Shown here: one piece after another, positions 18,401-25,941 of the stretch
Layout: each line of letters opens with the position of its first letter
Numbering within the stretch: the stretch's first letter is position 1
DNA from: Macrostomum lignano
Lineage: Eukaryota
DNA length: 30,409 nucleotides
Assembly (NCBI GenBank): GCA_002269645.1
Contig: NIVC01004948.1
Coordinates: forward strand, 1-30,409
Direction: 5' to 3'
The notes under the pieces: model-generated
Told to the model about the DNA's origin: nothing
The model's database searches: none
Seen by the model: the letters and a program-made list of their open reading frames with translations, nothing else
Translations under genes and position numbers: made by a program

Positions 18401-18936
18401 GTCTGATGATGGCACTGGTGATGCGCAGACCTGGTGACACGCCCTATAATTCATTGTTCAAGGACCTGATCGCTCAAGGACTACTTGATACCAGCAACTA
18501 TCCGCCGGATCATGCCCTTTATTCTACCCAACACAAGGGTCGGCTGCTTGCATGGAAAGACGAATTTGCTGGAGCGGTTCCAATCGAGTTGGTATTTTTA
18601 CGACCAAAGAACTACTCTTTTCTCTACGTTACCGATACGATTCGGCAACTCTCTCGATGCAAAGGCGTGAGCAAGCAAGTGGCTCGCACGTTCAAGCACA
18701 CGGCCTACCTCTCGGTCTTGGAGAAGAGAAGAGTGATGTATGCAAGCTTCGCTCGAATTGCTTCTAAGAAGAAAGTTGTTTTTCTCATGGAACAGAAGAA
18801 GCTCGCGCTCGGATTTTTTGATACAAAGCGCGCTTGGACAACCCTCCTTGCTTCTCAACCATTCGGACATTGGCGGCTGCGAGCAGCATGCGAAACGCAG
18901 GCAAGAATTACTTTCTTGATACTGTTTAGCATCTAG
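14656..18936 (+). CDS. polB: Protein-primed family B DNA polymerase with N-terminal zinc finger and endonuclease VII domain
   Basis: Uninterrupted ORF (frame opens at 14572; ATG 14656 preferred). CLVCRKTF.....LHAH zinc finger, RGSGW, ExoI VVYADME, DHDH..G..RG.LC..CN, ExoII FHNLSAYD, KGVFPY, ExoIII YLRLDV, YLDANSLY, KLLNNALFGK, GDTDS, LRPKNY, CKGV, PFGHW. Confidence 0.96.
15427..15456 (+). repeat. (GGC)10 microsatellite encoding a poly-Gly linker in PolB
   Basis: Ten perfect GGC codons after GGC GGT GGT AGC. Confidence 0.95.
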
Positions 18937-18987
18937 ATGATACAGTAGCATCTTTAGCTTAATATTTTTTCGTTTTTTTAATTTCAG
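18901..18987 (+). other. Candidate GC-AG intron at the 3' end of polB (terminal exon 18988-19035)
   Basis: CAG|gcaaga donor; long T tract then tttcag|G acceptor; phase-0 splice gives ...ACETQ-ATIDSEKEDYSMDEN*. Confidence 0.45.
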
Positions 18988-19265
18988 GCAACAATCGATT
19001 CGGAAAAGGAGGACTATTCGATGGATGAAAATTGACTTTTGCTTTGTACATTAACACCATATATGCCAGGCATCGTGTGTAGACTAGTCATCATTTTAGC
19101 ATGGTGTCCTATCTCTTGAGGTTCACTCATTTTCGTTGGCTGACACAGCGCTCTAGAATAAATGTGTATTGAATGACTAACGAACGTGATTGGTTTTTCG
19201 CTCCTTCTTTTGCAAGAGTATATAAGCCCAGATGTTGAGACTTTAGTTTAACTTTTGTCCGAAAA

Positions 19266-20135
19266 ATGCAGTCGTCCTCTTCGCCTAGCCAACCGAGTTT
19301 AAGAAGTAGGAAAAGCCAATTATCGAAACTGTTCATTTCGCCATATACACAAACGAGTGGTTTGTGCAATTTCCCAGTCCCGCCACCAACTCCCACTCCC
19401 GAGAATGCAAACAAAAAATTTATTTTCAATGTTTCAGCCAGTACAATGCAGCGCCAGCAGCAAGAATCTCTAAATCCAAGTGACACTAGCAGCTGTAAAG
19501 ACGCAGCGCCAGTTCCGCTACGCCTAAATCCCGATTGGTGTCAACAATACCTCGCAGGCTCACCACCGATCGAGAAAAATCTAATTGTCCGCCTTCTCAG
19601 CAATCATGCTGCGGTTCCGGCCAGACAGACAGAGGGCTCTATCGGGTATGATCTGACTGCAGCCGAGACCAAGACCGTCCCTGCGCAGGGACGAGCGATT
19701 TTTGATATTGGGATTTCAGTCCGAGTACCGGCTGGCACCTATGGAAGAATCGCTGGGCGCTCTGGTCTGTCAGCGTTTCACGGAATCACGGTGGGCGGCG
19801 GAGTAATTGACCCAGACTACTGCGGACGAATTACGGTGATTCTCTTCAACCACGGCATACGAGACTATCATGTTCGCATCGGCGAAAGGATTGCGCAGCT
19901 GGTTCTGGAGAAGGCGGAAATCGCTCCGGTCAAGGTAGAGAACTACACTATCGCTCGCGGGAAGAAGCGTGAAGCGCTGGACAACCAGCGTCAGTTGTCA
20001 GCGTCAGCATCGTCAGTTGCGGAGACCGCCAAGGTTGATGAAGAAGAGAAGATGAAGAATCTGGCGGACGCAATCGTTCAACAAGAAGCTTGCAAGCAGC
20101 GGGGCGATTCAGGCTTTGGCAGCACGGGGATGTAA
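19266..20135 (+). CDS. dut: Trimeric-type dUTPase with N-terminal extension and lengthened C-terminal arm
   Basis: All five motifs present: GYDL, IAGRSG, GVIDPDYCG, ERIAQL, RGDSGFGSTG. Confidence 0.95.
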   Translation: MQSSSSPSQPSLRSRKSQLSKLFISPYTQTSGLCNFPVPPPTPTPENANKKFIFNVSASTMQRQQQESLNPSDTSSCKDAAPVPLRLNPDWCQQYLAGSPPIEKNLIVRLLSNHAAVPARQTEGSIGYDLTAAETKTVPAQGRAIFDIGISVRVPAGTYGRIAGRSGLSAFHGITVGGGVIDPDYCGRITVILFNHGIRDYHVRIGERIAQLVLEKAEIAPVKVENYTIARGKKREALDNQRQLSASASSVAETAKVDEEEKMKNLADAIVQQEACKQRGDSGFGSTGM

Positions 20136-20201
20136 AGATTGCAGGTTTAAATTGCGCGCAAGAGCGGTAGTATCTGGAAATTACTGCAGTTCATTCTTTT
20201 T

Positions 20202-20416
20202 TTCAAGAATAAACAATTCTGCATGCATATAAAGACTATAAGTTATGCTCCAAAATTGCAAGGAACAAATATATCTGTATCTGAATCCTTAACGCATATA
20301 AGCTATCTTTTATTCAAGAATAAACAATTCTGCATGCATATAAAGACTATAAGTTATGCTCCAAAATTGCAAGGAACAAATATATCTGTATCTGAATCCT
20401 TAACGCATATAAGCTA
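20202..20416. repeat. Identical 104-bp direct repeats at 111-bp period
   Basis: Copies at 20202-20305 and 20313-20416 read identical; intergenic, ending 51 bp before the PLA2 ATG. Confidence 0.95.
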
Positions 20417-20467
20417 AACTAAATTATTTGCTATTGGTTTTCAAGTCTTTACTATTTAAGCAACAAA

Positions 20468-20961
20468 ATGTACGCATCAAAACGCAGAAAAGGTGTCTGC
20501 AAGCAAAAGAGGAAATCTGTCCCGAATCGGAAATCGCGCTCTAGCAAACGTGTTCAGAGAGGATCTGGGATTGTAAACTGGTTAATCAATCACCTACCAT
20601 TTGAGGTCCACCTCCCTGGTTACAATTTTTGTGGACCGTAAGTGAGCCAAACTTTTTCATGATTTAGTTTGACACTGTTCTAACTAGGAAGTATTAAATT
20701 CGCTCTTAATTAAGGGGCACGCGGTTGCGAAAACGGCTTGCGGAAGGACAGCGAGGGAAAAACCGGTTGGATGATCTTTGCCTACTACATGATGTTGCAT
20801 ACGAAAAGAGCTCGGACACAAACTCTCGTCTGGAAGCTGATCGGTTGTTAGAAGCCGGAGCTAGAGAGATTATAAGCGATCCGAATACTGGGTGGGGAGA
20901 ACGCCTTGCTTCAAAATTCGTGGCTAAGGTGATGCACGCTAAGCAGCGATTGGCAGCCTGA
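20468..20961 (+). CDS. Parvovirus VP1-type phospholipase A2 domain protein, two exons (20468-20637, 20715-20961), 138 aa
   Basis: Spliced product MYASKRRK...QRGSGIVNWLINHLPFEVHLPGYNFCGP|GTRLRKRLAEGQRGKNRLDDLCLLHDVAY... restores the Ca-binding GPG loop and the catalytic HD. Confidence 0.88.
20638..20714 (+). other. 77-nt GT-AG spliceosomal intron in the PLA2 gene
   Basis: Perfect GTAAGT donor, TTCTAAC branch-like site at 20678-20684, ends TAATTAAG; removal restores frame and motif, retention gives an immediate TAA. Confidence 0.85.
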
Positions 20962-20967
20962 ACACAA

Positions 20968-21675
20968 ATGGAAACTTTCAATCTGCAGTTGGCACACGAT
21001 TCCTCAATCATCTTGGCCGGACCATCAAACTCTGGCAAAACTGAATGGGCGCTGCGTTTGCTGCGCGAACGAAATTTGTTATTTAAGCAAGCGCCAACGC
21101 GTCTCGTGTGGTGTCATGGCACGGACCTGAGTCCTGGTGAACAGCACCGCATTCGTTCAAGCTGGGAGGAGGGCGGGAGCGGGCAGCATAATTTGATTCG
21201 AGGATTTCCGCTCGAGCTTATCTCTCAACTTCGCCCACACGATTTGCTGGTTGTCGATGATCTCCAGAGTGAAATGGCCAAGTCCCCCGAATTTACAGCA
21301 ATTTTTACAAAATATGCCCACCACACACCACTAACTTGTCTCTATTTATGTCAGAATCTCTTTCATCGTTCTGATGCTGAAGCGCGCTCGCGAAGCCTCT
21401 CTGCTAGCTACATCTGCCTGACCCGAAATATTCGCGATCGAACGGTTGTTCAAAGCCTAGGGAAGCAAATGTTTCCAAAGAGGAGCAACTTTCTAGTTCG
21501 TGTCTATGAAAACGCAACTGACAATAGGCCCTATTCATACCTGTTTATTGATCTGCGACAAGAAACTCCCGACTTTTTAAGGCTTCGTACTGGTATTTTC
21601 CCGGGTGACAAACAGCTTGCGTACACCTCTGGTAAAAGCAACTCTGTTTCACTTGATTTTATAAGCAATCCATAG
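20968..21675 (+). CDS. A32/FtsK-HerA-like genome packaging ATPase
   Basis: Walker A GPSNSGKT, Walker B LLVVDD, FTKYAHH, YLCQNLF, RSLSASY, RPYSYLFIDL. Confidence 0.92.
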   Translation: METFNLQLAHDSSIILAGPSNSGKTEWALRLLRERNLLFKQAPTRLVWCHGTDLSPGEQHRIRSSWEEGGSGQHNLIRGFPLELISQLRPHDLLVVDDLQSEMAKSPEFTAIFTKYAHHTPLTCLYLCQNLFHRSDAEARSRSLSASYICLTRNIRDRTVVQSLGKQMFPKRSNFLVRVYENATDNRPYSYLFIDLRQETPDFLRLRTGIFPGDKQLAYTSGKSNSVSLDFISNP

Positions 21676-21708
21676 ATTGCACTTTGCTCCTTTGTAGAAA
21701 TTTTGAAA

Positions 21709-22698
21709 ATGAGTTTTTATGTGTTTTTGCCTTCGAATGACAAGAGTTATGCAGATAATTCACCCAGCGAGTTTCGAGTCCGGCTAAAGGATCCACTGAA
21801 TGTTGGAACGCGCTATGAAGTAGCACTGGTTGAGCTAATCTGCGGAGGGTTTCCTGCTTCGGCTGCAAAGGACTCTTCGTTAGATAAAAAGGAAATTGTC
21901 TACTATCAAAGAGACGTGCAAACGTATTTTTCTTCAACAGCACCTCGATTTGTGAAGTTGTGGTCCCAAGCAAACTTGGAGGCATATCTTTTGTGGAGGC
22001 AAGCGGAGGCGGGCTCGGGAGCAAAAATCACATATCAGTGGTTCCTGCGAAACGGTGGTAGCCGATCGGTTCATGTGGAAATTCCAATGACGTTTCTCAG
22101 TACATTTGCCCTAGACGAGTGGGTTGTGGTTCGAGCGGGGATAGGCAATGAAGAAGGTGAATGGAGTGAGGCTTCTCTACGGACTTTGGAAGAGGTTTCA
22201 GCGAAGATGGATAGATTGAACGATAAGTATACTATGATTTTTAATTTTGTTCTGGACCCATATCATGCTGTGAAATTTTTGGGCGATGGAGAACGCATGA
22301 AATCTCTACAAAGTGGTTCAGTGGACGACGCTCTGAAAAAAAATGTTTGGAAGCTTGTGCACCCGTGGACATTTACCATACAATATTTGCCTGGTGAGCC
22401 GTCCGGTGCTGGGGACGACAATAGCAAGCAGTATATGCATTGCTACACTGACATCATCGACTATCAGCCCGTTGGAAGCACATCTGTTCCACTGTTGCGC
22501 GTCGTGGATTTGCAGCGGAAGGGACACGAAGTAACGCATGAACATAGTTCCTTGACAAATCCTTACTATGTTGGAGTGAATCGTCAGGGCATCAGCGAGA
22601 TTTCAATTCGACTGACTGATCAGCGTGGCAAAGGAATACAATTTCAACCGGGCTCGCATACTGTGGCGGTGCTCCATTTTCGTCCTAGAATTGACTAG
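21709..22698 (+). CDS. Minor capsid protein (penton-like)
   Basis: N-terminal MSFYVFLPSN...SEFRVRL..PL....YEVALVE and C-terminal YTDII..Q.VG...VPLLRVV...P.YV.V...I..I.I.L.DQ.G..I.F, typical of Maverick minor capsids. Confidence 0.85.
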   Translation: MSFYVFLPSNDKSYADNSPSEFRVRLKDPLNVGTRYEVALVELICGGFPASAAKDSSLDKKEIVYYQRDVQTYFSSTAPRFVKLWSQANLEAYLLWRQAEAGSGAKITYQWFLRNGGSRSVHVEIPMTFLSTFALDEWVVVRAGIGNEEGEWSEASLRTLEEVSAKMDRLNDKYTMIFNFVLDPYHAVKFLGDGERMKSLQSGSVDDALKKNVWKLVHPWTFTIQYLPGEPSGAGDDNSKQYMHCYTDIIDYQPVGSTSVPLLRVVDLQRKGHEVTHEHSSLTNPYYVGVNRQGISEISIRLTDQRGKGIQFQPGSHTVAVLHFRPRID

Positions 22699-22755
22699 GT
22701 GACTAATTTATAAGCAAACTTTGGGGTGTTGAGTATGATTTGACCAATAATTTAA

Positions 22756-23199
22756 ATGCCTTTATTAACAGAAAAAGCTAGGAAGAGCCTCTGCTCGCTT
22801 TCTAAGTGTGCCATTTTATTGCAGAGTGCGGCCCGCTTGAAAGATAAGCACCAACGCCGCCAATTTCTGCAAAGCTTGACTCTGACGGAAGTCCGCTGTC
22901 TACTTGAACTGTTGCTGAATATTGTCAAGCGGCGCGTGCCGATAAAAGCCTGCGATCAGCGCCGATTGCAAAAACACGCGCCTGTGATACGCAAGCTGCT
23001 GAACGGTGGAAAGAGTCTAGTTGAAAGGAAGAAAATTATTGTTCAAAACGGAGGCTTCCTTCCTTTCCTGGCGCCCATCATTGCTGGCATCACCTCGGCC
23101 TTGCCTGCCATTGGAACAGCGCTAGGAATTACGTCCGGAATTGCGGGCACAGCAGCTGGAGCAGCAACTCTTGTGCGGAATATTCAAAACAAGAAATGA
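22756..23199 (+). CDS. Adenovirus pX(mu)-like small virion protein
   Basis: CLLELLLNIV...VPI...L...IRKL...S...KK...QNGGFLPFLAPIIAG; GGFLP plus hydrophobic tail resembles the adenovirus pX precursor. Confidence 0.75.
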   Translation: MPLLTEKARKSLCSLSKCAILLQSAARLKDKHQRRQFLQSLTLTEVRCLLELLLNIVKRRVPIKACDQRRLQKHAPVIRKLLNGGKSLVERKKIIVQNGGFLPFLAPIIAGITSALPAIGTALGITSGIAGTAAGAATLVRNIQNKK

Positions 23200-23945
23200 G
23201 TCGGCACGACGGGCTTCAGCGGATGGTTCTACTTCCCGAGGCAACATACAATATGATGTGTGATAAAAAAACTCCCCCTACAAATGAAGCCAATACCTCT
23301 CTGCCGGAGCACGAGGAACCTCGAACTAGCGTTTTGGACGGGCCACGCGAGGCACTAGGCAAAAATCTGGTTGGGATGCGACAACGGTTAGATGAACTTG
23401 ATGCGGCTGCTGCTTCTACTCAGCACCCGCCCAATACAAGCGCACACCTGCAGCGCTCACAGTTGGAAAGTCGGCTTCTTCACGCGCGTCGAGATTATTT
23501 TCAGCCTTTACCACCTGCGCCTCCGAGCAAAGTTAAAAAGGAATCTGCTGGAAGCTTCATTACTGTTGAAGAAACAAGCATTCCGAAAGCTTTGAGGGCC
23601 CGATATAAACGCCTTGCAGACAAGGTGTTTGAAGAGAGCGAGGAGGCTGCACTACCATCTGAACTTACTCAAGATGAGGTTAAAAATCTAATGGAATATG
23701 TTGTGCGAGACAAGCCGCTTAAGCGCCACGTAGAGCGGCCACCGAGTGGACTATCAAATTTTATAGAATATCTGCAAAAGAGGAATTTAGATCCCAGCAT
23801 GATTGGGAAGCATCTTCGTGGAGATTTGCAAAATGGCGGACCAAATCTTGGAGACAAGGAGGCCGACAGTTCTGCTGAAATGCCACATGGCGAGAGAAAA
23901 GGCGTTGATATGGAAATGCTTGAAAACTATGAAACTCTAAATTGA
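23196..23945 (+). CDS. Conserved-position Polinton hypothetical protein
   Basis: 249 aa; RMVLLP near the N-terminus recalls the KMVLVP start of the ORF that often follows the pX-like gene; ATGA overlap with the upstream stop. Confidence 0.65.
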   Translation: MSRHDGLQRMVLLPEATYNMMCDKKTPPTNEANTSLPEHEEPRTSVLDGPREALGKNLVGMRQRLDELDAAAASTQHPPNTSAHLQRSQLESRLLHARRDYFQPLPPAPPSKVKKESAGSFITVEETSIPKALRARYKRLADKVFEESEEAALPSELTQDEVKNLMEYVVRDKPLKRHVERPPSGLSNFIEYLQKRNLDPSMIGKHLRGDLQNGGPNLGDKEADSSAEMPHGERKGVDMEMLENYETLN

Positions 23946-24029
23946 GTATGCAATGCTGGTGGTTTGGTTAATCTATATGCAAACTTGTTTTTATTCGAGA
24001 TAAATATAAAACATTTGCGTGTGTATGTT

Positions 24030-24245
24030 ATGGCTTCTTTGGGCCAGCGATTTTTTCGTTTTCTGGTGGAAATCTTTCGCGTTTGCTTCCATGGATCGCT
24101 TTGCGGTGAATTGATTCAAGATGAAGTAGACAATGTGACAGTAAACCTGCGGACAAATATCAAATGCTGCACTAAGCAGAGCAACACCATTTCGTTCGAG
24201 AATGTCGGAGCAGAGGACGAAACAGCGGTTGCGGGCGCGAACTAG
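24030..24245 (+). CDS. Possible 71-aa protein with amphipathic N-terminus and CC motif
   Basis: MASLGQRFFRFLVEIFRVCFHGSLC...NIKCCTKQ fills the gap before the integrase and overlaps its start by 44 nt. Confidence 0.3.
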   Translation: MASLGQRFFRFLVEIFRVCFHGSLCGELIQDEVDNVTVNLRTNIKCCTKQSNTISFENVGAEDETAVAGAN

Positions 24246-25404
24246 TTTGAACGACGCGGCTGCAAATGAACAAGACGCGTGGAAATTTCTGAGCGAGAAT
24301 TTTTTTGACTTGGAAAATCCAACTTCATTTGGAGGGAACAAGGCGGAGCTGGTTCGCGCTGTACGAAAGAAATTCGCAGGACTTACCTTTGCTGCTGCAA
24401 AAAAGTTTGTAGACAAATGGGCGCGGGGAACACGCGAATATAACTTATTTCGCAAGGCGCGCCTGCGATTTCCCACGCCCCGGATTAGCGTGCCTCCAAC
24501 AGCAAAATTTCAATTTCAAATTGACCTTGCTGACTTGCAGCAGTACAAGGACATCAATAAAGGTTATCGCTTTGTTCTCGTTTTGATTGATTGTCTAACA
24601 CGAGTTGTTCGTCTTCGACCGCTGTACACAAAAAAGCCCACAGAAGTTAGTCAAGTGTTGCGTGCGATTTTCAACACCGGTTTCAAACCAAAGTATTTGC
24701 AGGGGGATGCTGGGATGGAGTTTTTAGGACGTGCAACACAAACGATGCTGCGTGAAGAGGGAGTTCACTTTTTTGTAAGCCAAAGCACATACAAGGCCGC
24801 AATGGCTGAACGAATCATTCGAACTCTGAAGGAGCGGTTGTCGCGCTATTTCAGGTCAATTAACTTGCCACAGTGGTATGACATTTTACCAAAGATGGAA
24901 AAAAATCTAAACCAAAGTGCGAACCGTTCATTGTATGGCCTAACGCCACAAGTGGTGCAAGCAGATCCCCATCTGCAGGGAATTCTGTGGGATCAGATGT
25001 TTGGTGCAATACCGACTTCGCCTCGTTATGTGCCTGGCGATTGGGTTCGAATCGCGCGACGCAGAGGAACGTTTGAAAAGGGTTACTCGACTGTTTGGAG
25101 CAATGCTGTCTATCGAATAGGACGAGTCCGCGAAGGAACCCCGCCCATGTATGTGCTCGAGGATCCAGAAGATGACTTCGAACCGCTCAAGGGATTTTTT
25201 AATGAGGCAGAGCTTCAGCAAGTTGAGGGACCTGAAAACGACGTGAATGAAATAGAGAAAGTTCTTCGAGTGGAGAAGCTGCCGGGCGGGAATCGACGCT
25301 ATTTTGTAAAATGGAGAAATCTACCAGAATATCGGGCGCAGTGGCTGAAGAAACAAGAGCTGGACGAAGAGACCCAGAAACTGTTCAAACGTGTCTATAA
25401 GTAA
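24202..25404 (+). CDS. int: RVE (DDE) integrase with C-terminal SH3-like region and chromodomain
   Basis: FQIDLADL (D), LIDCLTR, LQGDAGMEF (D), KAAMAERIIRTLK (E), GDWVRI..FEKGY..WS, then EIEKVL...YFVKWRNLP...QWL; intact. Confidence 0.95.
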   Translation: MSEQRTKQRLRARTSLNDAAANEQDAWKFLSENFFDLENPTSFGGNKAELVRAVRKKFAGLTFAAAKKFVDKWARGTREYNLFRKARLRFPTPRISVPPTAKFQFQIDLADLQQYKDINKGYRFVLVLIDCLTRVVRLRPLYTKKPTEVSQVLRAIFNTGFKPKYLQGDAGMEFLGRATQTMLREEGVHFFVSQSTYKAAMAERIIRTLKERLSRYFRSINLPQWYDILPKMEKNLNQSANRSLYGLTPQVVQADPHLQGILWDQMFGAIPTSPRYVPGDWVRIARRRGTFEKGYSTVWSNAVYRIGRVREGTPPMYVLEDPEDDFEPLKGFFNEAELQQVEGPENDVNEIEKVLRVEKLPGGNRRYFVKWRNLPEYRAQWLKKQELDEETQKLFKRVYK

Positions 25405-25443
25405 ATGTAAGCATGAACTTGCTAAATGTATGCCTGTATTCAA

Positions 25444-25941
25444 ATGGATCCCGTGTTTCGTTTCTACGCGGGCCCGAACCATGAACAGGTGGGTGGACGC
25501 GGAAGTTCCTCTTCGCGCTCAATTCCCGTATACGAGGGCTACGGATTCTTGTCAAGCCTTGCGAATCGTTTGTTTTACCCTGTTCTGCGCAATACTGGCA
25601 AAGATCTGCTGCGACGAGGATTGACCTACCTTGCAGATAGCGATGAAGAATCCCGAAAGGCAAAGAAGAGAGGAGGGGGATTCGACTATGGAGTAATTGG
25701 GAACGAACCGGCTGCCTCTCCCCCAAAGAGAAGGAAACATGGGCGTTCGCGTACCAACAAGATGCCAGCTACTATAAGCAAGGCGGGGCGCGGACGAGGA
25801 AAACTATCAAGGACAAGCAAGCAGAAGGGTCGTGGTGTGCAATCAAGAACCGGCAGGAAAAAGCTTCGTGGCAAGCGGCACAAGAAACGAGGCAAAGCAA
25901 GCGCTTCAAAGAGTCTGTTTAGTCTGTTTAATAAAGAATGA
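25444..25941 (+). CDS. Basic core (DNA-condensing) protein, pVII-like role inferred
   Basis: MDPVFRFY...QVGGRG...GYGFLSSLANRLFYPVL..GKDLLRRG, then a very Lys/Arg-rich C-half; stop overlaps the MCP ATG. Confidence 0.7.
   Translation: MDPVFRFYAGPNHEQVGGRGSSSSRSIPVYEGYGFLSSLANRLFYPVLRNTGKDLLRRGLTYLADSDEESRKAKKRGGGFDYGVIGNEPAASPPKRRKHGRSRTNKMPATISKAGRGRGKLSRTSKQKGRGVQSRTGRKKLRGKRHKKRGKASASKSLFSLFNKE

Noticed and set aside
14358-20250. Shared GTTATGCTC word between the left-edge hairpins and the 111-bp duplication
   Set aside because: A 9-bp match in 30 kb of moderately AT-rich DNA is within chance.
20223-20417. 64-aa ORF with internal repeat
   Set aside because: Product of the 111-bp tandem duplication (a multiple of 3).
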